Shown here in pieces: positions 10,270 through 18,725 of a stretch of 64,000 bases of DNA. Origin of the DNA: Patescibacteria group bacterium (lineage in GTDB: Bacteria > Patescibacteriota > Patescibacteriia > UBA1558 > GWA2-36-10); contig JBAYIQ010000003.1 in assembly GCA_041665545.1 (NCBI GenBank), forward strand, positions 3,222 through 67,221, read 5' to 3'. The notes under the pieces are model-generated. The model had not been told where the DNA came from and made no database searches. It saw only the letters and a program-made list of their open reading frames with translations. Numbering within the stretch: the first letter of the stretch is position 1; every line of letters begins with the position of its first letter. The translations under genes and the position numbers were made by a program.

Positions 10270-10298
10270 TTGATTATTTCTTCCGATTCTGTTATAAT
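10270..10298 (+). promoter_or_regulatory. sigma70-type promoter (TTGATT-17-TATAAT) upstream of the GIY-YIG gene
   Basis: TTGATT at 10270-10275, 17-nt spacer, TATAAT at 10293-10298. About 60 nt upstream of the ATG at 10362. A 14-bp palindrome GGCTAATTTTAGCC (10243-10256) lies in the same divergent intergenic region. Confidence 0.45.
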
Positions 10299-10361
10299 TT
10301 TATAGAATTAATTGATTTAAAGCAAGTATTATTAGCTGAAATACTGATTAGAAAAGTGATT

Positions 10362-10652
10362 ATGTATGGCAAGCAATATTTTGTCTATATTTTGTCTAAT
10401 AAAAATAATACAGTTTTGTACATCGGTATTACTAGTAATTTGTTAGGCCGCATATTTCAACATAAAGATCAAGCAACCAAAGGTTTTACGAGTAGATACA
10501 ATGTAGATAAGTTAGTTTATTATGAAATTTATGAAGATGTTTATGAGGCTATTTCTAGAGAAAAGCAATTAAAGTCAGGGTCAAGACGGAAAAAGGTAGA
10601 TTTAGTAAATAATTTTAATAAACAGTGGGAAGATTTGTGTAATAAGCTATAA
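10362..10652 (+). CDS. GIY-YIG nuclease superfamily protein (UPF0213/YhbQ-like)
   Basis: Start moved to the internal ATG at 10362 (MYGKQYFVYILSNKNNTVLYIGITSNLLGRIFQHK...GFTSRY...LVYYEIYEDVYEAISREKQLKSGSRRKK). This is the canonical GIY-YIG single-domain pattern. The upstream part of the listed ORF has no coding character. Confidence 0.6.
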   Translation: MYGKQYFVYILSNKNNTVLYIGITSNLLGRIFQHKDQATKGFTSRYNVDKLVYYEIYEDVYEAISREKQLKSGSRRKKVDLVNNFNKQWEDLCNKL

Positions 10653-10659
10653 ATATTTT

Positions 10660-10751
10660 TGTCATTGCGAGCGATCCGCCGGTTGGCGGAGAGCGTGGCA
10701 ATCCCAATGAGATTGCCGCGTCGTTCATTGCATTCACTCCTCGCAATGACA
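10660..10751. other. GC-rich 92-bp element bounded by 12-bp perfect inverted repeats (candidate MITE or structured small RNA)
   Basis: TGTCATTGCGAG (10660-10671) and CTCGCAATGACA (10740-10751) are perfect reverse complements. Internal hairpins CCGCC-GGTT-GGCGG and GGCAATC-CCAATGA-GATTGCC. GC content far above the local genome. No convincing ORF. Lies between the GIY-YIG gene and the next GT gene. Confidence 0.4.
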
Positions 10752-10761
10752 TGTGTAAATT

Positions 10762-11880
10762 ATGAAAATACTAATTGCTACAGGCATATTTACTCCAGAG
10801 ATAGGCGGTCCAGCTACCTATGTGCCTCTTGTGGCCGAACAATTTTTGCATTTGGGTCATGAAGTGGCAGTGATAAGTTACTCTGATAAAACTAGTTATG
10901 AGCAGGATAAGACCTTGTCTTACCCTGTCACTCGAATAGTACGCAGTAATAAAATTAGTAATTATTGGCGTTATTTTAGAGCACTTTTTAAGTTGGCACC
11001 AAAATATGACCTGATTTATTGTTTTGATCATTTTAGTGCTGGATTGCCAGCAGCTACTGTTAGCCAAATATTTGGAAAACCTTTATATGTTAGAGTGGGC
11101 GGTGATTTTATCTGGGAAAGATATGTGGAGCACAATTCAGTCACCTTGGAGCAATACTATGAACATGGCTTGTATAAAAAAGATATCAATCGTTTCAAAC
11201 TGATAAATTGGGTGTTCCAAACTAGTCGAGCCATTATATTTACGACCGATTGGCAGAAAAATATTTTTTCCAAGTATTATAATTTGGGAAATAAAAAATT
11301 ATTTGTTATCAATAATCCCATTGATCAAAAATTAGATATTCGGCGTGATGAAAACAACATTTCTAATGACATTATTTTTGCTGGACGTTTTATTAATAAA
11401 AATAATATTTTTAATTTGATCAAAGCTTTTGTGGCTTGGTCGCAGGATAAGTATAAATTAGTCTTGATCGGTGAAGGGCCACTGAAAAATAAGTTGGAGA
11501 ATTTAATTATTGAGAATAATTATCAAAATATTATAATCTTAGATAAATTATCACGAGTGGAATTAGTAAAAAAAATGGCTCAAAGTTGGTTGGTGGTTTT
11601 CCCATCACTTAGTGACATCAGTCCCAACACCATGCTGGATTGTGTGCAAGCCAAGATTCCTTTTGTCAGTACGCAAGAAATGGGTTTTGATTGGTTAAAA
11701 AATAATATAAAATTATTTGATCCCACAAAGTCGGCCGAGATTACGGGCTGTTTGGAATATTTAGCCGATGAGAATAATTATAGTCGTTACACAAAAAATA
11801 TTTCGGAGTTAGTATATTCATATTTTTATAAACAGGCCGCTGAAGATACTATTAAAATTTTTGAAAATAAAAATCAGTAA
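10762..11880 (+). CDS. glycosyltransferase (GT4-like, GT-B fold)
   Basis: 372 aa. N-terminus MKILIATGIFTPEIGGPATYV is typical of GT4 N-terminal domains. C-terminal nucleotide-sugar binding half present. Confidence 0.55.
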   Translation: MKILIATGIFTPEIGGPATYVPLVAEQFLHLGHEVAVISYSDKTSYEQDKTLSYPVTRIVRSNKISNYWRYFRALFKLAPKYDLIYCFDHFSAGLPAATVSQIFGKPLYVRVGGDFIWERYVEHNSVTLEQYYEHGLYKKDINRFKLINWVFQTSRAIIFTTDWQKNIFSKYYNLGNKKLFVINNPIDQKLDIRRDENNISNDIIFAGRFINKNNIFNLIKAFVAWSQDKYKLVLIGEGPLKNKLENLIIENNYQNIIILDKLSRVELVKKMAQSWLVVFPSLSDISPNTMLDCVQAKIPFVSTQEMGFDWLKNNIKLFDPTKSAEITGCLEYLADENNYSRYTKNISELVYSYFYKQAAEDTIKIFENKNQ

Positions 11881-11885
11881 TATTT

Positions 11886-13325
11886 GTGATGAAAAAAATT
11901 ATATTAGCACAAATCAACTATTCTCAAGATCGTTCAGAAAAAATTCTGCCAATGGGAATTTTGTGCGTTGGTAGTACTTTAAAAAAAGCGGGTTATGATG
12001 TTGAGCTTGTCAATATCAATGAAAAGGAAATAGCTAAAACAGCTGATTATATAGTCCAACAAGACCCCCTGTATGTCGGCTTGTCAGTGATGACTGGTAT
12101 TCAGACCCAGCATAGCGCCGAGTTATCTAAAAAGATTAAGGCCAAGAAAAATATTCCAATTGTGTGGGGCGGCATTCATCCCTCGCTTTTGCCAGAGCAA
12201 TGTTTGGGTGAGGATTATATTGATTACATAGTAATTTCTGAAGGAGAAATCAGTATTGTGGAGTTGACGGAAAAAATTATTCACCAGGAAGAGCCAGAGG
12301 ATGTATTGGGTGTTGCTTATAAAATAGCCGGTCAAGTCAAAATAAATCCTAGCCGACCTTTTATTACCGATCTAGATGAATACCGAATAGATTTTTCTTT
12401 GATTGATATAGAAAAATTTATTTTTCCCCTAGATAAATATAAGCGGGTAATTGCTTATAAGGCCTCACGTGGCTGTCCTTTTAATTGCGCTTTTTGTTAT
12501 AACAATTTATTTAATAAAAATCGTTGGCGTGTCTGGTCAATTGATACTGTCGTGGAAGATATACAATTTTTAAAAGACAAATATCAGATCGATGCGGTCA
12601 AGTTTTATGACGATAATTTTTTTGTCAGTAAGAGTCGAGCTTTAGAGATTTTAGAAAAAATAAACTTACCCTCACATTTAGAGATTAGGATTGATTCTAT
12701 TAACGAAGAAACTGCCATTAAGCTCAAGGAATACAAAGTTTTTGATATGCTCATAGGAGTAGAATCAGGTAGCGATAGGTTGTTGCAAATGATTGATAAA
12801 AAGTTTACAGTTGAAAAAGTTATGGAGTCTGTGAAGTTATTAGCTAAATATGATTTGCCGGCCTCATACTCGGTAATAGTTGGTTTACCGACCGAAACTA
12901 GCGAAGAGTTTGAGTCTACCATTAATTTGCTTTACAAAATTTATAAAGTTCACTCTAAGGCCGTTTTTACCTTAGGTGCGTATTTGCCTTACCCAGGATC
13001 GCGGATGTATGATTTTGCCATTGCTAATGGTTTCAAGCCACCAGTTAAGACCGAAGGGTGGGGTGCCATTGATCGCTTTCGTAAGAACTTTGACTCGCCT
13101 TGGGTTAATGTCCAAAAAGTTTGGCGAATTAGAGAGTATTTTAAGTTTTTAAACTGGAAATTAGGACCATTGATCAAGTGGTTTGAGTGGCGAATCAAGC
13201 ATCGTTTTTTTAATTTTCCAATCGATATTTATTTAACTGAATATTTTGCTGGTCTAGCGATTGAGCAAAAAGGTTGGTTGGGAAAAAGTTTGCGCCAAGT
13301 TTATAATCTAGCCAAAAGAGTTTAA
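11886..13325 (+). CDS. B12-binding domain radical SAM protein
   Basis: 479 aa. N-terminal cobalamin-binding Rossmann-like domain (GILCVGSTLKKAGYDVELVNI...). Radical SAM cluster motif CPFNCAFC (CxxxCxxC) in ASRGCPFNCAFCYNN. Confidence 0.65.
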   Translation: MMKKIILAQINYSQDRSEKILPMGILCVGSTLKKAGYDVELVNINEKEIAKTADYIVQQDPLYVGLSVMTGIQTQHSAELSKKIKAKKNIPIVWGGIHPSLLPEQCLGEDYIDYIVISEGEISIVELTEKIIHQEEPEDVLGVAYKIAGQVKINPSRPFITDLDEYRIDFSLIDIEKFIFPLDKYKRVIAYKASRGCPFNCAFCYNNLFNKNRWRVWSIDTVVEDIQFLKDKYQIDAVKFYDDNFFVSKSRALEILEKINLPSHLEIRIDSINEETAIKLKEYKVFDMLIGVESGSDRLLQMIDKKFTVEKVMESVKLLAKYDLPASYSVIVGLPTETSEEFESTINLLYKIYKVHSKAVFTLGAYLPYPGSRMYDFAIANGFKPPVKTEGWGAIDRFRKNFDSPWVNVQKVWRIREYFKFLNWKLGPLIKWFEWRIKHRFFNFPIDIYLTEYFAGLAIEQKGWLGKSLRQVYNLAKRV

Positions 13326-13345
13326 ATCTAAATTGTTTTATAATA

Positions 13346-14443
13346 ATGAAAATATTAGGTATCAGCTTAGACCCCAGTATTTTGGACAAAGAATCAATAC
13401 CAGCCCAAAGGATTATTAAATTTGGACAAAATTTGGACAAATATTATTTATTAGTGCCAACTGATAAAGATCAAAAAAGTCAGCTAGCTGCTAATATATT
13501 TGTCGAATCATTGGGTTCTCATAACAAATTTTTCTTATTTTTCAAAATATACAAAAGAATAAGTGAAATAATAAAAAATGAAAAATTTGATCTACTGACT
13601 ACTCAGGATGCCTATTTTTTATCATTGATACTTATTTTTTTAAGTAGGAAACATGGAATAAAATTTGAAGTGCAGATTCATGGTTTTGAAAAATATCACG
13701 GTTTAAGAAAATTATTAGCTAATTATTCTTTGAGACAAGCGGATATCATCAGAACAGTTAGTATCAAAACCAAAGAATATTTAGTGGATAATTTTTCCAT
13801 ACCAGCCAAAAAGATTTATGTGTCTCCAGTGTTTGTAGATCGGCAAAAAATAGAAAATAGCAAAAATGAATTTAGTCTCCGAGATCTATATCAAAATGAT
13901 TTTATTTTTTTGACCGTCGGTAGATTGGTGCCAGTAAAAAATATTGTTCTGCAGATTAGGGCCATCAAGAAATTGAATTTAGATAAAGTGAAATTAGTTA
14001 TTGTTGGCGAGGGGCCAGACAAAGCCAATCTGCAAGCATTGGTTGCTCGCGAAAATCTAAATAAATCTATTATTTTTGTTGATGGCTATATAAAAAATTT
14101 AGCTGATTATTATAAAAGTGCTGATTGCCTATTGATAACCTCTAATATGGAGGGGTATTGTATGGTAGTGGCCGAAGCAGTATTGGCCGATCTACCGGTG
14201 ATTATGACCGATGTTGGCTGTGCCAATGATTTAGTGGAAAATAATATAAATGGTTTTGTTATTCCAATAAATAATTTAGATGTTTTAGTAGCTAAAATGA
14301 AAAAAGTAGTTGAAGATCAGAAATTATTAACAGAATTTAAAACAAGGCACACAGCCTATAAGGAAAAGATTTTGAGTCAGCAGGCTTTGTCTGATATTAT
14401 TATTGATAATTGGCAAAAAGTAATATACGGGCATGAAAAATAA
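13346..14443 (+). CDS. glycosyltransferase family 4
   Basis: 365 aa. C-terminal GT4 motif EGYCMVVAEAVLADLPVIMTDVGCANDLV. Confidence 0.6.
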   Translation: MKILGISLDPSILDKESIPAQRIIKFGQNLDKYYLLVPTDKDQKSQLAANIFVESLGSHNKFFLFFKIYKRISEIIKNEKFDLLTTQDAYFLSLILIFLSRKHGIKFEVQIHGFEKYHGLRKLLANYSLRQADIIRTVSIKTKEYLVDNFSIPAKKIYVSPVFVDRQKIENSKNEFSLRDLYQNDFIFLTVGRLVPVKNIVLQIRAIKKLNLDKVKLVIVGEGPDKANLQALVARENLNKSIIFVDGYIKNLADYYKSADCLLITSNMEGYCMVVAEAVLADLPVIMTDVGCANDLVENNINGFVIPINNLDVLVAKMKKVVEDQKLLTEFKTRHTAYKEKILSQQALSDIIIDNWQKVIYGHEK

Positions 14444-15470
14444 ATTGTTGATTATCACACAAAAGGTTGATAAAAATGACCCAGTGCTTGGCTTTTTTCA
14501 TGGCTGGCTTTTAGAGTTTGCAAAAAAATATGAAAAAATTACGGTAATTTGTTTAGTTAAGGCAGAATATAATTTACCAAGTAATATAAAAGTGTTGTCG
14601 TTGGGCAAGGAAAATAGAATTTCTCGTTTAAATTACGTTATTAATTTATATAAGTATATTTGGCAAGAGCGCGCTAATTATGATCAGGTGTTTGTGCACA
14701 TGAATCCGGAATATTTAGTTTTAGCTGGTTGTTTTTGGCGTTGCTGGGGCAAGCGCATAGGGTTCTGGTATAATCATGCCAAGGGTGGTATTAAGGCTAA
14801 ATTAGCCATTAAATTGGCCCACAAGGTATTTTATACTTCTTCTTACGCTTTTGCAGCTCGATATCAAAAATCACAGGTCATGCCAGTGGGTATTGCGACT
14901 GATATTTTTAAAATTAATAAATTGAAACAAGTATCTGAACCTTTCAGGTTGTTGAGCTTGGGCCGCATTTCACCAGTTAAAGATTTAGAAACACTGGTGG
15001 CAGCAGCTAAAATTTTGGCTAAAGAAAATTTTGATTTTTTGTTAGATATTTATGGTACGGCACCAGTTCAGGACGAGGATTATTATAAAAAAATAAGAGA
15101 GCAGGCAAAGACTTTGGAGGTAGATAATAAAATAATTTTTCATTCGTCTGTAGTTTATCAGCAAACGCCAGACATTTATAATAGTCATGATCTTTTTATT
15201 AATTTAACTCCCAGCGGTAGTTTTGATAAAACTATTTTAGAAGCCATGGCTTGTGGTACTTTAGTTTTGATTTGTAATAAGTCTTTACACGACGATTTGC
15301 CTGATAATTTTTTATTTAAAGAGCACGAGGCCATTGACTTGGCTAGGAAAATAAAGGCCATATCTTTAATTGATAAACAGAAATATCAAGAGAAATTTAG
15401 GCAGTATGTTTTAGAAAAACACAGTGTGGATATTTTAATTAGTCGTTTACAGCAAGTATTGGGTGAATAA
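14433..15470 (+). CDS. glycosyltransferase family 4
   Basis: 345 aa. GT4-type C-terminal motif DKTILEAMACGTLVLICN. Start overlaps the previous gene by 11 nt (translationally coupled). Confidence 0.55.
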   Translation: MKNKLLIITQKVDKNDPVLGFFHGWLLEFAKKYEKITVICLVKAEYNLPSNIKVLSLGKENRISRLNYVINLYKYIWQERANYDQVFVHMNPEYLVLAGCFWRCWGKRIGFWYNHAKGGIKAKLAIKLAHKVFYTSSYAFAARYQKSQVMPVGIATDIFKINKLKQVSEPFRLLSLGRISPVKDLETLVAAAKILAKENFDFLLDIYGTAPVQDEDYYKKIREQAKTLEVDNKIIFHSSVVYQQTPDIYNSHDLFINLTPSGSFDKTILEAMACGTLVLICNKSLHDDLPDNFLFKEHEAIDLARKIKAISLIDKQKYQEKFRQYVLEKHSVDILISRLQQVLGE

Positions 15471-15488
15471 TAAATAGAGCAACTTAAA

Positions 15489-16613
15489 ATGGATAAAAAA
15501 ATTAAAATTTTATTTGCTATTGATTATTTTGCTGTTGGTGGAGCTCCACTAGTGGTGTTAAATCAAATTAATGGTCTAAACAAAGGTTTATTTGATCCTT
15601 ATATTTTGGTTCTTTATAAGACAGAGAAACCAACATTTTTTGCTGAATTGAATTTTGGACCGGATAAGATTTTCCAGATGAATTTAAAAAATCGTCGCCT
15701 TTTTGATTATAAAACTTGGCGTATGATTTTTAAGATTTTAAAGCGAGAAAAATTTGATGTGGTTTATACTCACTTATTCTTGACCAATTTAATTGTCAGA
15801 TCACTGGCAATTTTAGTCAGAGTTCCAGTCATTATTTCTTTTGAGCATAGCTCTTACTCAGGTAAGCATTTGTGGCAAATTTTTATTGACAAAATCCTTT
15901 CTTTTTTTACCAATCGTATTATTGTCTCTACTAAATCTGTGGCTGAATTTACTGCTAGGCAAGAGAAAATTTCTATTAAAAAATTTGTGGTAATAGCTAA
16001 TCCAGTTATTTTGCCAAAAAAAAATGAGTTTGCTATTTCTGAATTAAGAAAAAAGTTGAATTTGCCATTAGGTTCTTTTGTGGTCATGACACTAGGAAGG
16101 TTTTCCGAAGAGAAGGGTTTGGAATACTTTTTGCAAGCAGCTAAAATAATTTCTCCACTCATAAAAAATGTTTATTTTTTGCTGGTAGGTTATGGTGGAC
16201 TTCAACAAAAGTTAAGGCAAAAGATATTGGAGTTAGAGCTAGAAGATAAATGTAGTCTAGTAATTGATCCTCAACACGCTAAAGAATATTTGTATATTAG
16301 CGATTTATTTGTTCTACCCTCTTTAAGGGAGGGGCAGTCAATAGTCACCTATGAAGCAATGACGGCAGGATTGCCCGTAATTGCTTCGCGTCTGGATAGC
16401 CTTACTGATATTATTGATGATGGTAGGAGCGGAGTTTTAGTAGAGCCAAAAGATAGTGATGCTATAGCTGAAAAAATAATTTATCTTTACCAAAATCCTG
16501 CTATCAGACAGAAATATAGTGAAGCTGGTAAAGAAAAAACTAAAGAATATAATCTTGAAAGAAATATAAAAGAATTTGAAATTTTAATTAAAAATTTAAT
16601 TCAAAAGCAATGA
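15489..16613 (+). CDS. glycosyltransferase family 4
   Basis: 374 aa. EGQSIVTYEAMTAGLPVIASRLDSLTDIIDDGRSGVLVEP (E-x7-E GT4 signature). Confidence 0.65.
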   Translation: MDKKIKILFAIDYFAVGGAPLVVLNQINGLNKGLFDPYILVLYKTEKPTFFAELNFGPDKIFQMNLKNRRLFDYKTWRMIFKILKREKFDVVYTHLFLTNLIVRSLAILVRVPVIISFEHSSYSGKHLWQIFIDKILSFFTNRIIVSTKSVAEFTARQEKISIKKFVVIANPVILPKKNEFAISELRKKLNLPLGSFVVMTLGRFSEEKGLEYFLQAAKIISPLIKNVYFLLVGYGGLQQKLRQKILELELEDKCSLVIDPQHAKEYLYISDLFVLPSLREGQSIVTYEAMTAGLPVIASRLDSLTDIIDDGRSGVLVEPKDSDAIAEKIIYLYQNPAIRQKYSEAGKEKTKEYNLERNIKEFEILIKNLIQKQ

Positions 16614-17923
16614 ATACTGATAAAATTATAAATTTTTCCGATAATATAATCGATAATAAGCTTATAGATTATCTGGCCGGAAGAGATGAGGTAGGGCAGA
16701 TAGTTATTGGCCAAGATTATCATTTGAAAAAGAATAAAATATATGACTTTGGCGATGGTTATATAATGCCAACTAGTATAGCCATTGTGTCAGAAAAACA
16801 TATTTTTCCCAGAATTAATTCTAATACTGGCTGTACCATGGCCACGATAGTTATAACTGATTTTTTTAAGCAGTTTCCTAATTTTGATAAGGCCGACTTT
16901 ATTAAATTGACTGAATATATAATTGGGGGGTTCTTTTATCATTTACAATTTAAACTAAATTATTTTTCGCCGTTAGTAGAAAGAAATAAGTTTGATATTA
17001 ATAGTGAGCAATATTTTAAAAATATATTACGTTACGGTGATCGAGCGGTGGTAGATAATTTTAGTTCAGAGATAAGATATTCAGAGGGACTAAAAGATGG
17101 TCACGAAAAACTTGAAATGGATGTTGAGGAATTGTTAAAATTAGTAAAAATAAAACTTGGCCGGGAATTTTATATTATGCCAAAAAAATATTTTGGTTCA
17201 TTTTTTGGTGGTAATCATTTTTTTGAGTTGCAAGTCGCAGACAATAATAAGGATGATTTATTTATAACTTTCCATACGGCGGGGGATAATTTATTAAGAA
17301 TTTTAGATAAGGAAAGCGATTTTTATAAATTTATTGTAGGTAATGGTTTAGAGCCAGTTAACATTGAAACCGGTCAAGCAAAAATGTTTTTAGAAATTGT
17401 AAAATTATTTATAAATTATAATCGAGCCTATATAGCCAACACCATGATCATGATTGAAAATTATTTTAATAAAATAAAACCAGGGTTGATTATTAAAATT
17501 TTAGCGATAGATCGACATGACGGTTTATTTAAAGAAAAAGTCAATGGTAAAGATTATTACATTTTCCGTCAAGGCAGTATTAGCTCGGTTCCTGGTCAAA
17601 CCCACATTCTTTCGGGCTATTACAATGCTAATTCATTTCTTTGGCAGGCCGGCGAAAACATTGGTGCTGCCTATAATACAATTGATCATGGTATGGCCAC
17701 AAGTATTAGTAGTCGTAGAAGGGAAAAGTTATCTGATAATAAAGTGACATTGGTTAGATTAAAAAAGTTAGTAAATTGGTGGCCACTTAGAACTATCAGT
17801 CAGGTAGAATTAATAGATTTAGAGAATGATTTTGTTCGACATCTTGAGAAAAAGAAATTAATTAAAATTGTGAGTAGGCTTAAGCCAATTTATAACATAA
17901 AAACAAATATTAATGGCGATTAA
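16610..17923 (+). CDS. divergent RtcB-like (RNA 3'-phosphate ligase fold) protein
   Basis: 437 aa. Matches to the metal/GTP-binding signature blocks of RtcB in the right order: NSNTGCTMA (cf. VDIGCGMNA), FGGNHFFELQV (cf. GTGNHFIEI), ITFHTAGDN (cf. MLHSGSRG), IDRHDG, NTIDHGMATSISSRRREK (cf. SCSHGAGRVMSRTKAKK). The first Asp of the DxGC block is replaced by Asn. Confidence 0.4.
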   Translation: MNTDKIINFSDNIIDNKLIDYLAGRDEVGQIVIGQDYHLKKNKIYDFGDGYIMPTSIAIVSEKHIFPRINSNTGCTMATIVITDFFKQFPNFDKADFIKLTEYIIGGFFYHLQFKLNYFSPLVERNKFDINSEQYFKNILRYGDRAVVDNFSSEIRYSEGLKDGHEKLEMDVEELLKLVKIKLGREFYIMPKKYFGSFFGGNHFFELQVADNNKDDLFITFHTAGDNLLRILDKESDFYKFIVGNGLEPVNIETGQAKMFLEIVKLFINYNRAYIANTMIMIENYFNKIKPGLIIKILAIDRHDGLFKEKVNGKDYYIFRQGSISSVPGQTHILSGYYNANSFLWQAGENIGAAYNTIDHGMATSISSRRREKLSDNKVTLVRLKKLVNWWPLRTISQVELIDLENDFVRHLEKKKLIKIVSRLKPIYNIKTNINGD

Positions 17924-18725
17924 AAATATGTCACATGGCTTTCTTAAAAATTTTTTATTAGTTAAAAAGACTAAAGATAATATTAAGAATGGAAATAAAA
18001 TTTTGTGCGGCTATCGTTTACCCAGTTTATTTTTTAAAAAGTATTGGTTATGGTTTTCCGATCCGATTGACATAAAGGGTGCAGACATGGTGAATTTTTT
18101 TTCTTATAATAAGATTGATCGAGATGAATTTTATTGCAAAGAGGGTATGACTACAGTAATTGATTTAAATCAGGGTATTGAGGCCATTTTTTCGAAAATG
18201 AGAAATAACTTTATTATTAAACAAATTAGAAAAGGGGAGAGAAATGGTATTGTTATTAAGCTGGATAAAAATTTTAGCGAGTTTAAAAATATATATTATG
18301 TGTTTAGGAAGAGTAAAAATTTGACGAAAGATAACCCCAATGTTTTAGCGGATAATGGTATTTTATTTTCGGCTTATTATAATAATAGTATGATTGCCGG
18401 CGGTATATTTATTTCAGATGGTGTAAACATAAGAGCTTGGGTATTGGCGTCGCTAAGAAAAGTAAGTGGTTCAAAGGATCGGGAAATAATTGGCCAAGCT
18501 AATAGAATGGTCATCACTGAAGCTATTAAGTATGCAAAGAATAGTGGCCACAAACAGTTTGATTTGGGTGGTATAAATCCATATTCTACCGATATTGGAG
18601 AAAAAAATTTGGCTGAGTTTAAAGAGAGTTTCGGTGGCGCGAGAATAAAATGTTATTATTACTATAAAGTCTATTCAAAATTGTTAAAACTTTTGATGAG
18701 ATTTAGGGGATTTAAAAAAGTATGA
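17913..18725 (+). CDS. FemAB-like / GNAT-fold (Acetyltransf_6-like) protein
   Basis: 270 aa. C-terminal ...GGINPYSTDIGEKNLAEFKESFGG resembles the F-K-x-x-F-G-G terminus of FemABX family proteins. Central beta-rich region GGIFISDGVNIRAWVLAS. Low-confidence family call. Confidence 0.3.
   Translation: MAIKNMSHGFLKNFLLVKKTKDNIKNGNKILCGYRLPSLFFKKYWLWFSDPIDIKGADMVNFFSYNKIDRDEFYCKEGMTTVIDLNQGIEAIFSKMRNNFIIKQIRKGERNGIVIKLDKNFSEFKNIYYVFRKSKNLTKDNPNVLADNGILFSAYYNNSMIAGGIFISDGVNIRAWVLASLRKVSGSKDREIIGQANRMVITEAIKYAKNSGHKQFDLGGINPYSTDIGEKNLAEFKESFGGARIKCYYYYKVYSKLLKLLMRFRGFKKV

Noticed and set aside
10158-10361. Upstream extension of the GIY-YIG ORF (start at 10158)
   Set aside because: The first 68 codons are low-complexity (FFFFSHILTLGLILANLYIDYFF) and overlap the divergent GT gene's 5' end and the promoter TTGATT-17-TATAAT. 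The conserved GIY-YIG domain begins at the internal ATG 10362.
10660-10751. tRNA or tmRNA hypothesis for the GC-rich inverted-repeat element
   Set aside because: It cannot be folded into a cloverleaf: no 7-bp acceptor with 3' discriminator, no T-loop GTTC(R)ANYC, and the candidate anticodon loops lack U33. The outer stem is 12 bp.
10659-11067. ORFs 10659-10862 (+) and 10771-11067 (-) over the GC-rich element and GT 5' end
   Set aside because: The first runs through the palindromic GC-rich element in a frame unrelated to flanking genes. The second is antisense to the GT4-like CDS. Neither has motif support.
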